A stretch of 13,140 nt of DNA from Gemmatimonadota bacterium (GCA_038153405.1 JAYOYH010000088.1:1-13140); one strand, 5' to 3'; positions 1 through 8,978 are shown, counted from the first letter of the stretch. Notes: generated by a model not told the origin, from the letters alone. A program made the numbers and translations.

Positions 1-51
1 GTCCGGATGCCCTTCCGAAACCGATTCCGATGTGAACAAATAACGCGACAT
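1..51 (-). CDS. metK: S-adenosylmethionine synthetase, 5' end only (runs off the window edge)
   Basis: Manual translation from ATG at 51: MSRYLFTSESVSEGHPD, the conserved MetK N-terminus (FTSESVxEGHPD). GAGGAG Shine-Dalgarno at 59-64. Confidence 0.95.
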   Translation of the reverse strand, partial: MSRYLFTSESVSEGHPD

Positions 52-58
52 AGAACAG

Positions 59-64
59 CTCCTC
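59..64 (-). promoter_or_regulatory. Ribosome-binding site of metK
   Basis: GAGGAG on the minus strand, 7 nt upstream of the ATG at 51. Confidence 0.8.
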
Positions 65-91
65 GTTAAAAAGTGCTTCTGTTTACAAAAG

Positions 92-1099
92 CTAAGATGT
101 TACCTCCGACAGGTCGCCCACGTTGAGGCGACTCCAGCGTCCCTTGAGCAGAGCTTGAAAACCAACCAAAGAATTTTCTATCAGCACATTCTCCACCGAT
201 GCCTGTTCTCCAATAATCGCATTGCGCACGATGGCATTGCGCACGCGCGCCCCGGCGGCAATCGACACGTAGGGTCCGATTACCGAAGACTCCACCTCGG
301 CCGATGGATCGAGGTGGACCGGCGGAATAATCACGGATGCTTGGGGGGCGTCGGGAACTCTCCTACCATCCAGCAAGTAGCGGTTGGTCATCAGCAGCGC
401 CTCCTGCGTGCCGCAGTCAAACCAGTCGTCGACTGCGAATGTAGCCAGATCGGCACCGCGGTCGACCATCATTTGCAGCGCATCGGTCAGCTGATACTCG
501 CCGCGCGTCCGCAGTTGGCGATCCATTAGGTCGGCCAGACACTGATAGAGCAGCGCGGAGTCGCGTATGTAGTTCACGCCGACGATGGCTTGGTCCGAGA
601 CAAACGATTCCGGTTTTTCCACTAGGCGAACGACGCGCCCACCCTGCTGTACGACAACGCCAAAGCGACGCGGATCATCGACGCGCTTGACGCCCAAGAC
701 ACCTGAGCAATTTCGAACCAGCAGCGAATTCAGGTCGGCGCGAAAAATGGTATCGCCGTACACGACTAACATCGGACAGCCTTCGACGACCGGCCGCGTC
801 AGCGCAATGGCGTGGCCCAATCCCAACAGCTCTTTTTGCTCGACCCACTCGACTTCTTCAAAATCGGAGCGCGAGCGCACATAGTCGACGACCAGTTCGC
901 CCATATACCCTATGACGAGCACGATGCGACGCACGCCCAGCGGCACCAGCTGGTCTAATATATGGCCAATAATCGGCTGACCAGCAACGTGCAGGAGCGG
1001 TTTGGGGCGCGTGTGGGTATGCGGGCGCAGACGCGTGCCAAAACCCGCCACGGGCACGACGGCCCACGTCTGATCCATCTTTTCCGCAGCCGTGACCAC
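92..1099 (-). CDS. Sugar-phosphate nucleotidyltransferase (long glucose-1-phosphate thymidylyltransferase-like form with C-terminal left-handed beta-helix)
   Basis: N-terminal AGFGTRLRPHT..PKPLL motif, LGLGHA, YGD, EKP, RGEYQLTDAL, WFDCG and C-terminal hexapeptide-like repeats. Start is GTG at 1099 (abutting the ptsI stop) or ATG at 1078. Substrate cannot be determined. Confidence 0.88.
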   Translation of the reverse strand: MVTAAEKMDQTWAVVPVAGFGTRLRPHTHTRPKPLLHVAGQPIIGHILDQLVPLGVRRIVLVIGYMGELVVDYVRSRSDFEEVEWVEQKELLGLGHAIALTRPVVEGCPMLVVYGDTIFRADLNSLLVRNCSGVLGVKRVDDPRRFGVVVQQGGRVVRLVEKPESFVSDQAIVGVNYIRDSALLYQCLADLMDRQLRTRGEYQLTDALQMMVDRGADLATFAVDDWFDCGTQEALLMTNRYLLDGRRVPDAPQASVIIPPVHLDPSAEVESSVIGPYVSIAAGARVRNAIVRNAIIGEQASVENVLIENSLVGFQALLKGRWSRLNVGDLSEVTS

Positions 1100-2872
1100 C
1101 TAGCGGTTATCCCCCTGACGCAGCCCGTTGGGCCGCGATGCGCCGGCGACCTCTTTGAGATAAGCTCTCACCTCTCGCCCCGTTTGCATGCGCAAACATT
1201 GTTCGGCGACCTGGCGCGCCTGATCACAGTGCGTCGAACGAATGATTTCCTTCACTTCTGGAATGAGGCCAGGACTCAGACTGAGACAGTCGAGTCCCAT
1301 GCCAATGAGCAGCACCGTCGCCAGCGGATCACCGGCCATTTCACCACAGATGCTAACCGGCCGATCACAGCGCGCTCCGGCGTCGGCCACCAGTTTGATC
1401 AGCTGCAGAACCGCCGGGTGAAAAGGGTCATAGAGTTGGGCTACTCTGCTGTTGCCCCGATCGACGGCCAGCGCATATTGGGTCAGGTCATTGGTCCCCA
1501 AGCTGAGAAAATCGCACAGCGGCGCAAAGCGCTCGACCATGAGCGCTACGGACGGCACCTCGACCATAATGCCCAGCTTGCAGTCTGCACAAAAGGCCTG
1601 TCCGCGAGCGCGCAACTCGTCTTTGGCTTCCTCCAACAGCTGGCGCGCGTGCGTCAGCTCCTGAATGCAGCAGATCATCGGCAGCAGAATGTTCAATTCG
1701 CCCAAATGCCCCGCGCGCAGCAGGGCGCGCAGCTGTGCCTTGAATAGTTCGGGTTCGTCGAGACAGATGCGCAAACCGCGCCAGCCCAAAAAGGGATTGC
1801 TCTCGGTCTTTACGTCCAACACGTGTGATAGCTTGTCGCCGCCCAGATCGAGTGTGCGTATGGTCACCGGCGCAGGCGCCATGGCTTCGACGATTTTTGC
1901 GTAGGTCCTGTACTGCTCTTCCTCAGAGGGCAGGCGGTGGTTCAAATAGAGAAATTCCGTGCGATACATGCCCACCCCGCGCGCGCCGTTGTCGATGGCG
2001 ACCTGCACTTCGGTGGGCAAATCGATATTGGCCAGCAGCGCTATCGGACAGCCATCCAGCGTTTGCGAGGGCAAGCCGCGCCGCGCGTCGAGATCGCGAC
2101 GGCGGCGCTGTTGGCGACGCAGCTGCGAGCGATATGCGCGCACCACATCTTCGCTCGGCTCAATGTGCACAACCCCTTGGTTGCCATCCACCACGACTTC
2201 CATACCGGAGTCGACGCGGCGCGAGCCGTCGCCCGTGCCCACTACGATAGGCAGCCCCAGCGAACGGGCTATGATCGCAGCGTGCGAAGTCGTACCCCCA
2301 GCATCCAATACGACGCCTTTTACCTGGCGCCGCTCCATTTGCACCATTTCAGAAGGCAAGAGGTCGTGCGCGAAGACAATAGTGTTAGAGCGCATGCTCT
2401 GCAGTCCGTGTGCATCTCCGCCGGCTAGGCGCACGAGAACTTGGTTTTCAATATCTACCACATCGCTCAGGCGCGATCGCAAGTAGTCGTTCTCGATTTG
2501 GCGAAACATTTTTTTCATCTGCTGCAGCGTAACCGCAAAGGCGTGCTCTGCCGAGTAGTGTTTCTCGCGAATCCACTGCTGCGTTTGTTCCTTGATCTGC
2601 ACATCCTCCAGCATGGCCAGCTGGGCGTCGAAAATCTGTGCCAGTTCTTCCCCCTGCTCGACGGCGACCATGCGGCGAATGCGACGAATATCGTCCCCAG
2701 CCGCGTGCAGCGTATTGAGAAAGCGCTCGACTTCGGCGTCTACCTGCGCGGCGCCAATCCGGCGCCGAGATATGACCGCACCGCCTTTGCGGTAGACGTA
2801 AGCACGGCCAATGCTCACGCCAGGCGCAGCCGAGATACCGGCGACCCTGCAGTAGGTAGACTGATCGCTCAA
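1100..2872 (-). CDS. ptsI: Phosphoenolpyruvate-protein phosphotransferase (PTS Enzyme I)
   Basis: TSHAAIIARS phospho-His motif, GMYRTEFL, IRTLDLGGDK, NPFLGWRGLR, GTNDLTQY, ICGEMAGDP. 590 aa with no N-terminal GAF domain. TTG start overlaps the ptsH stop. Confidence 0.96.
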   Translation of the reverse strand: MSDQSTYCRVAGISAAPGVSIGRAYVYRKGGAVISRRRIGAAQVDAEVERFLNTLHAAGDDIRRIRRMVAVEQGEELAQIFDAQLAMLEDVQIKEQTQQWIREKHYSAEHAFAVTLQQMKKMFRQIENDYLRSRLSDVVDIENQVLVRLAGGDAHGLQSMRSNTIVFAHDLLPSEMVQMERRQVKGVVLDAGGTTSHAAIIARSLGLPIVVGTGDGSRRVDSGMEVVVDGNQGVVHIEPSEDVVRAYRSQLRRQQRRRRDLDARRGLPSQTLDGCPIALLANIDLPTEVQVAIDNGARGVGMYRTEFLYLNHRLPSEEEQYRTYAKIVEAMAPAPVTIRTLDLGGDKLSHVLDVKTESNPFLGWRGLRICLDEPELFKAQLRALLRAGHLGELNILLPMICCIQELTHARQLLEEAKDELRARGQAFCADCKLGIMVEVPSVALMVERFAPLCDFLSLGTNDLTQYALAVDRGNSRVAQLYDPFHPAVLQLIKLVADAGARCDRPVSICGEMAGDPLATVLLIGMGLDCLSLSPGLIPEVKEIIRSTHCDQARQVAEQCLRMQTGREVRAYLKEVAGASRPNGLRQGDNR

Positions 2873-3141
2873 ACCTTGTCCTCGAAATTGCTCTGCATGA
2901 GTTCGGCCACGGCCTCTAGCGCCTCTTCTTCGTCGGCGCCCTCTGCTGCAATAGTCACCTCGGCACCGTTCTCTGCAGCTAGCATCATGACACCCATAAT
3001 GCTCTTGCCGTTAATATTGTGCACATCGCCTTTTGAAAGCGTAATTTCTGCGGCAAACTGCGCTGCCCGCTGCACGATCAGCGCTGCGGGTCGCGCGTGT
3101 ATTCCCAGTGGATTTGCAATAACAACAGTCTTTTCGATCAT
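2869..3141 (-). CDS. ptsH: Phosphocarrier protein HPr
   Basis: GIHARPA (His15) and NGKSIMGVMML (regulatory Ser46-equivalent) motifs; 90 aa. Confidence 0.96.
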   Translation of the reverse strand: MIEKTVVIANPLGIHARPAALIVQRAAQFAAEITLSKGDVHNINGKSIMGVMMLAAENGAEVTIAAEGADEEEALEAVAELMQSNFEDKV

Positions 3142-3166
3142 CTGTCCATTCCTGCCTATATGGGCC

Positions 3167-4003
3167 TCAACCCCGAGGCGCGCGCCCTAGGATGCGCTGC
3201 AACAAGCCGGCTTTGCGACGCCACACGTGCGAAGACACGCGAGGCTTGCTGCGCCGCGGGTAAACGGCGTCTTCGCCGCGCACCACATCGCCATTGCACA
3301 GGACCTGGCGCGGATTGTCGCAGAACAGGCGCCGCACCTCACCGTCGCCACACAGTTTGGCGACCCTCGCGCGCGCGTCGATCTGCGTCAGTGGCCGCTT
3401 CTCTAGATCGTGTCCGTCGCTGGCAACAAAATCGGCCCACCCTCGCGATACAATCAGCTCAGCTACGCGCTGTCCACGCTGTCCGAAACGACCCGAGAGG
3501 CTGCCGGCGTTGACCTGTAACAGCAAGTCCTGTTCGCGCAGACGGCCAATCTGATCCGGGTCGTTAGCCAACTGACGATGGCGTTCGGGATGGGCCAGTA
3601 TCGGCCGGTAGCCGGCAGAGCGCAGATCGAAAAATCCCTTTTCCAACCCCGGTGATAGCGGACCGGGCGGCAGGTCGACCAACACGTAACGGCCCTTGGC
3701 CAAAGACCCCGACGGCCATTGGGCCACTTCCGACATATTAAAGCGAAAGGCGATTTCGCAACCCAGATGCAGTTCTATCGGCAGTTGGGCGGCGCGTACG
3801 GCTTCGCACAGTTCGGCAAAGCGCACGCCCTGCGCTGCGGCCACCTCACGACCATCGTTCGCTTTTATATGCGGCGTCAGAACGAGCGCGCCAATACCTT
3901 CTACCAAGGCGCGACGCAGCATGCCCAACGACACCTCCATGGAAGGCGAACCATCGTCGACAGCGGGCAGGACGTGGCTATGAATATCTGCGAATTCGCC
4001 CAC
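3167..4003 (-). CDS. PHP-family metal-dependent phosphatase, CpsB/CapC/YwqE-like
   Basis: DIHSHVLPAVDDGS, LTPH, GCEI, LAHPERH, QVNAGSL and ASDGH...RP motifs. GTG start; basic C-terminal extension. Confidence 0.88.
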   Translation of the reverse strand: MGEFADIHSHVLPAVDDGSPSMEVSLGMLRRALVEGIGALVLTPHIKANDGREVAAAQGVRFAELCEAVRAAQLPIELHLGCEIAFRFNMSEVAQWPSGSLAKGRYVLVDLPPGPLSPGLEKGFFDLRSAGYRPILAHPERHRQLANDPDQIGRLREQDLLLQVNAGSLSGRFGQRGQRVAELIVSRGWADFVASDGHDLEKRPLTQIDARARVAKLCGDGEVRRLFCDNPRQVLCNGDVVRGEDAVYPRRSKPRVSSHVWRRKAGLLQRILGRAPRG

Positions 4004-4011
4004 CGCAGCGA

Positions 4012-4767
4012 TTACTCTCGGACGTGCACAGCCGCGCTCACCTCGCGCAGGCGCCCATGATCGTCTTCGACAAGGCTGCCGGTGACGACAAAACCGGCCC
4101 CAGCCTCCACCTTGGCACGCGCCGTCGTTGCGTCGCGAATGCCGCCGCCGACGACGACCGGAAGCGAAACATAGCTGGATACTGCGCCCACCATTTCATC
4201 GGGAACGGATGCATCTGCGCCGCTGCCCGTTTCCAGATAGACCATTTTCATACCGAGATACTGCGCCGCCAGCGCATGCGCCATGGCAATGTCGTTTTTG
4301 CCGCGCGGCAGAGGGCGCGTAGAGCTCATAAACTCGACCGAAGTCAACGTGCCCGACTCGACCAACATATAGCCGGTCGGTATGGCCTCGACGCCGTACT
4401 CTCGTATGAGCGGCGCAGCGCGCACGTGCTCGCCGATGAGAAACTCGGCATTGCGCCCGCTTATCATCGACAAAAAGAGAATGGCGTCCGCCGTTGGAAC
4501 GACCTGACTCGCCCCTCCCGGAAAGCTGATGACCGGTATATCTACGCGCGCTTTAATGCGGGCAAAGCACTCGGCATAGTGGGCCGTAAACATCAGGCTG
4601 GTGCCAACGAGCACGGCGTCGGCGCCGACTTCGACGCACAGATCGGCCCGCAGCTCCAACTCCTCGACGGAGAGGCGGTCGGGATCTAGCAGCGTCAAGT
4701 AGCCAGCGCCGCGGCGATCCCGCACGGCCAATAAGTACTCGAGAACCGAACCCTCGCTATCGAACAA
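4012..4767 (-). CDS. Geranylgeranylglyceryl/heptaprenylglyceryl phosphate synthase (GGGPS/PcrB family, group II-like)
   Basis: LLDPD, FPG, SMISGRNAEFLIG, PTGYMLVE, YLETGSGA, VGGGIR and VTG motifs; 251 aa. TTG start. Confidence 0.92.
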   Translation of the reverse strand: MFDSEGSVLEYLLAVRDRRGAGYLTLLDPDRLSVEELELRADLCVEVGADAVLVGTSLMFTAHYAECFARIKARVDIPVISFPGGASQVVPTADAILFLSMISGRNAEFLIGEHVRAAPLIREYGVEAIPTGYMLVESGTLTSVEFMSSTRPLPRGKNDIAMAHALAAQYLGMKMVYLETGSGADASVPDEMVGAVSSYVSLPVVVGGGIRDATTARAKVEAGAGFVVTGSLVEDDHGRLREVSAAVHVRE

Positions 4768-4774
4768 AACGGAT

Positions 4775-7384
4775 TCAGCCTTTCCCTAGGTGCGCTGCGA
4801 CAATGCCCGCTACGGCGGCCAACGCCTCGTCAATCTTTTCCACGTCGCGCGCACCGGCCTGCGCCAGATGCGGCTTGCCGCCGCCGGAACCACCGGTGAG
4901 CTGCGCCACGCTGCGCACGATATCGCCGGCCTTTAATCCTCGCTCTTTGATCAGGTCATCCGTCACCACGGCAATAAAGGAGCCTTTGCCACCAAATTCC
5001 GCACCCAGAACGCCGACCCCCGAACCGAGTTTCTCGCGCAGACTGTCGGCCATGGCGCGCAGAGCCGGCACGTCGTCGACCTGCGTGCGACGCGCCACGA
5101 CGGCAAAACCATCGACCTGCTGTGCACCGGATAGGTCGTCGGCTTCCAGCGCGGCGAGCTTGCGCCGCATCTCGCTGACGCTGCGCTCCAACTCGCGCTG
5201 GCGCCCCAGCAATGCCCGCACTTTTTCGGGCAATTCGTCGATGGGTGCATTGACCGTGGCCGCCAAGCGATCTAGCACATCGCGCTGCTGCCGGACCACC
5301 GCCTCGGCACCGCGCCCGGTCAGGGCTTCGGCGCGCCGCGTGCCGGCGGCAATACCGCTTTCAGATACGACGTCGAAAAAGCCAATTTCACCTGTTGAGG
5401 CAACGTGTGTTCCCCCGCACAGTTCCAAACTATAGTCGCCAATCCGCACGACGCGCACGCGCTGGGCATATTTTTCGCCAAATAGCGCCTGAGCGCCCAT
5501 CGCCTTAGCGCGGTCCAGATCTTCTTCAAAGGTCTCGATTTCAACATCGGCGCGCACCTTCTCATTGACCATCTCAACCACCGCACGCAGCTGCTCGGTT
5601 TCGGTGGCGGCGAAGTGGGAAAAGTCAAAACGCAGCCGTTCGGGAGAGACTAGCGAGCCCATCTGTCCCACGTGCTCGCCGAGCGTGCGGCGCAGCGCCT
5701 CGTGTAATAGGTGCGTCGCCGTGTGGTTGCGCGCCGCAGCGCGCCGCACTTCGCCGTCGACTGTGGCGCGCACGCGGCCGGCCAGCGCCGCCGCGTCGCC
5801 CGACAGCAGCTGCCCCAGATGGACGATGCCGCCGCGCGCTTTTTGCACGTCGCGGATCTCAACGGAGAAACCGTCTCCTTCAATCAGTCCACGGTCGCCG
5901 ACCTGCCCGCCCGATTCGGCATAGAAGGGCGTGCGGTCGAGAAAGAGCTGGACGCGCCCATCGCCGTCGACATCGGCGCGCACAATTTCGGACTCGGTCT
6001 CCAACTCGCCGTAGCCGATAAAGAGCGAGTGATCTCCTTCTAGGGCATCGCCCACGCCCTCGGTAGCGCGAAAGCGCCCCTTGGTGGCCTGGCGCGCACG
6101 GGCGCGCTGCTCGTTCAATTCGCGCTCAAATACGTCCAATTCGACCACGGCAATGTCCCGCTCACGCGCGATGAGCTGGGTTAAATCGAGAGGAAAGCCA
6201 TAGGTATCGTAAAGCTGGAACGCCTCGTCGCCGCTGATATTGCCCTTGGCGCTAAAGCGCTCAAAGATCTCGAGACCGCGATCGAGCGTCTTGCCAAAGC
6301 TCTCCTCTTCGGCGCGCACGACCAGTTTGATATGCTCTTTTTTCTGGACCAACTCGGGAAAGACGTGTCCCAAGCTAGCGGCCACATCGTCGACCAATTG
6401 ATACACAAACGGCTCATACTGATCCAACTGGCGGGCGTAGCGCGCGGCGCGGCGCAGGATGCGCCGCAGCACATAACCGCGACCATCGTTGGAGGGCAAC
6501 GCGCCATCGGCAATGGTGAAACTCAGCGCGCGGACGTGGTCGGCGATAACTTTCATCGGCACGGCGTGCTCTCCGCCATAGGGCTTGCCCGACAGTTCGG
6601 CGATGTGCCCAATCAACGGCTGGAATATATCCGTTTCGTAATTACTGGATACGCCTTGGACAATGCTGCTAACGCGCTCCAATCCCATGCCGGTATCGAC
6701 GTGCTGGGACGGCAGCGGATGCAGCGCGCCCGCGTCATCCCTGTTATACTGGATAAACACTAAGTTCCAGAATTCTTCGTAGGTATTGCCGTCGTCGCTG
6801 AAAAAACCCTCGCGGCTCTGCGCGGCCAGGTCCTGGCCGTGGTAGAAATGAATTTCCGAGCACGGACCGCAGGGGCCGGTCGCACCCATTTCCCAGAAGT
6901 TGTCCTTGGCCGGCAGGCGCACGATGCGTTCGGCGGGCAGATAGGCCGCCCACATGGCCTCGGCTTCCTCGTCGGCGGGAACGCCTTCGCCCCCTTCAAA
7001 GACCGTCGCCCACAGGCGCTCTTTAGGTAGCCCCCATTCTTCGGTTAACAGTTCCCACGCCCAGTCGATGGCCTCCTTCTTGAAGTAGTCGCCAAAAGAC
7101 CAGTTGCCCAACATTTCAAAGAGTGTCTGATGGCGCGGACTGTACCCCACCTCTTCCAAATCGTTGTGTTTGCCAGAAACGCGCATGCACTTTTGCGTAT
7201 CGGCAGCGCGCACGTAATCGCGTTTGCCCAGCCCCAAGAACACGTCCTTGAACTGGTTCATCCCGGCATTGGTAAAATACAGCGTCGGGTCGTCTTGCGG
7301 CACGACCGGCGCACTCGGCACGCGAGTATGTCCCTTGCTTTCAAAAAAGCTGAGAAAGCCCTCCCGAATCTCCTTAGACTTCAT
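4775..7384 (-). CDS. alaS: Alanine--tRNA ligase
   Basis: FTNAGMNQFK, EMLGNWSFGDYFK, GPCGPCSEI, DTGMGLER, LYDTYGFP, editing-domain NHTATH and ELCGGTH, C-terminal GGSGGG. Confidence 0.98.
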   Translation of the reverse strand: MKSKEIREGFLSFFESKGHTRVPSAPVVPQDDPTLYFTNAGMNQFKDVFLGLGKRDYVRAADTQKCMRVSGKHNDLEEVGYSPRHQTLFEMLGNWSFGDYFKKEAIDWAWELLTEEWGLPKERLWATVFEGGEGVPADEEAEAMWAAYLPAERIVRLPAKDNFWEMGATGPCGPCSEIHFYHGQDLAAQSREGFFSDDGNTYEEFWNLVFIQYNRDDAGALHPLPSQHVDTGMGLERVSSIVQGVSSNYETDIFQPLIGHIAELSGKPYGGEHAVPMKVIADHVRALSFTIADGALPSNDGRGYVLRRILRRAARYARQLDQYEPFVYQLVDDVAASLGHVFPELVQKKEHIKLVVRAEEESFGKTLDRGLEIFERFSAKGNISGDEAFQLYDTYGFPLDLTQLIARERDIAVVELDVFERELNEQRARARQATKGRFRATEGVGDALEGDHSLFIGYGELETESEIVRADVDGDGRVQLFLDRTPFYAESGGQVGDRGLIEGDGFSVEIRDVQKARGGIVHLGQLLSGDAAALAGRVRATVDGEVRRAAARNHTATHLLHEALRRTLGEHVGQMGSLVSPERLRFDFSHFAATETEQLRAVVEMVNEKVRADVEIETFEEDLDRAKAMGAQALFGEKYAQRVRVVRIGDYSLELCGGTHVASTGEIGFFDVVSESGIAAGTRRAEALTGRGAEAVVRQQRDVLDRLAATVNAPIDELPEKVRALLGRQRELERSVSEMRRKLAALEADDLSGAQQVDGFAVVARRTQVDDVPALRAMADSLREKLGSGVGVLGAEFGGKGSFIAVVTDDLIKERGLKAGDIVRSVAQLTGGSGGGKPHLAQAGARDVEKIDEALAAVAGIVAAHLGKG

Positions 7385-7892
7385 CCTCTTCTAGTTCCTT
7401 CCAAACGCGTTCTATGGCCTTCCAGGCCGTTTGCCCATCGTAGCCGCGGCGCGCCAAAAAGCCGAGCATTCTGCGCTGCGCCTTCTCTCGGTCCAGCGCG
7501 CGATAGCGCCACGCCTGTTTGCGCAACAGATCCACCGCGCGATCGGGTGCATCTAGCTGCGGTGCGTATTCGGCCAGCACCTCGTCGATCAGCGCGGCGT
7601 CTACGCCCTTGCGGCGCAGGTCTTGCGCGAGTTTGCGCGCACCGGCGGCTCTTTCCAGGCGCGCCTCCACCCAGCGTCGGGCAAATGCGCGATCATCGAG
7701 AAAGCGCAGGCGCTCCAGGTCGGCGATAACTTCGGCGACGACGTCCTCGGCAAATTCTTTTTGCCGCAGCCTCTGCGCCACTTCATGCGCTGAGCGCGCC
7801 TGCCGACTCAGGTAATTGAGCCCCGCTTCCCGCGCTCTCTGCAGCGGCGTGCGCGCCGCTGCAGGCTCACTCTTCGCCTTTTGCCTCTGCAT
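7374..7892 (-). CDS. recX: Regulatory protein RecX
   Basis: [27 protein letters not shown] and FLARRGY motifs; directly downstream of recA. The track start at 8108 overlaps recA heavily; the in-frame ATG at 7892 (172 aa) is preferred, but the start is uncertain. Confidence 0.88.
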   Translation of the reverse strand: MQRQKAKSEPAAARTPLQRAREAGLNYLSRQARSAHEVAQRLRQKEFAEDVVAEVIADLERLRFLDDRAFARRWVEARLERAAGARKLAQDLRRKGVDAALIDEVLAEYAPQLDAPDRAVDLLRKQAWRYRALDREKAQRRMLGFLARRGYDGQTAWKAIERVWKELEEDEV

Positions 7893-8943
7893 CCTCGGCA
7901 CCACCACCATCGCTGACCAGACCCAACTCAACGCACAGCTTCTGCTCAATTTCGGCCGCGACGGCCGGGTTTCCCAGCAAAAAGTTTTTGGCATTGTCGC
8001 GCCCCTGCCCCAGCCGTTCTCCATTATAAGAAAACCAAGCACCGCTCTTGTCGACCAGGCCCTTTTCAACGCCGATATCGACGAGATCACCCTCCCAGGA
8101 AATGCCAATCTGGTCGCCGTGAAAAATCAGGTCGAACTCGGCTTCGCGGAAAGGGGGCGCGACCTTGTTCTTGATCACTTTGACGCGCGTGCGGTTACCG
8201 ATGTCCACATCGCCGTCTTTCACGCGCGCGATGCGGCGAATATCGAGGCGCACTGAAGCGTAAAAAGGCAGCGCACGGCCCCCCGTCGTCGTCTCCGGGC
8301 TACCAAACATCACCCCTATTTTCATGCGCAGCTGGTTGATAAAGATCAGGCACGTATGCGAGCGGTTGATCGAACCCGTGAGCTTGCGCAGCGCCTGCGA
8401 CATCAGTCGCGCGTGCAGCCCCATGTGGGAATCGCCCATGTCGCCTTCGAGTTCGGCCTGCGGCACCAGCGCCGCCACCGAATCGACGACGATGATGTCA
8501 AACGCGCCGCTGCGCACCAGCGTATCGACGATTTCAAGCGCCTGCTCGCCGCTGTCGGGCTGCGATATGATCAAGTTTTCCGTATCGACGCCGATGCGCT
8601 TGGCAAAGCTGACGTCCAGCGCGTGTTCGGCATCTATAAACGCCGCGGTGCCACCCTTTTTCTGCGCCTCGCGCACCGCATGCAGCGTTAGCATCGTCTT
8701 GCCAGCACCTTCGGGACCCGCGATTTCGACAATGCGCCCCCTCGGCAATCCCCCGATGCCCAAGGCGGCGTTGAGCGCCAGCGAGCCGGTGGAAATCGCC
8801 TCGATTTGCGCGACGCCTCCCTGGTCGCCCAGCCGCATAATCGCTCCCTTGCCGTACTGCTTTTCAATCTGCGATATGGCCAACTCGAGGGCTTTGCCCT
8901 TGTCGCCCGCCTCGTCTCTGCTACGTCCATTGCTCTTAGCCAT
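7867..8943 (-). CDS. recA: Recombinase A
   Basis: [24 protein letters not shown], Walker [55 protein letters not shown]-like AAGGGGAG upstream of the ATG. Confidence 0.98.
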   Translation of the reverse strand: MAKSNGRSRDEAGDKGKALELAISQIEKQYGKGAIMRLGDQGGVAQIEAISTGSLALNAALGIGGLPRGRIVEIAGPEGAGKTMLTLHAVREAQKKGGTAAFIDAEHALDVSFAKRIGVDTENLIISQPDSGEQALEIVDTLVRSGAFDIIVVDSVAALVPQAELEGDMGDSHMGLHARLMSQALRKLTGSINRSHTCLIFINQLRMKIGVMFGSPETTTGGRALPFYASVRLDIRRIARVKDGDVDIGNRTRVKVIKNKVAPPFREAEFDLIFHGDQIGISWEGDLVDIGVEKGLVDKSGAWFSYNGERLGQGRDNAKNFLLGNPAVAAEIEQKLCVELGLVSDGGGAEDAEAKGEE

Positions 8944-8978
8944 CGTTCTCCCCTTCGTATGGCGCTCGTAAGACCGGC

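Noticed and set aside
7893..8108. N-terminal extension of the RecX ORF in the track
   Set aside because: It overlaps the conserved recA 3' region in another frame and has no RecX-like sequence.
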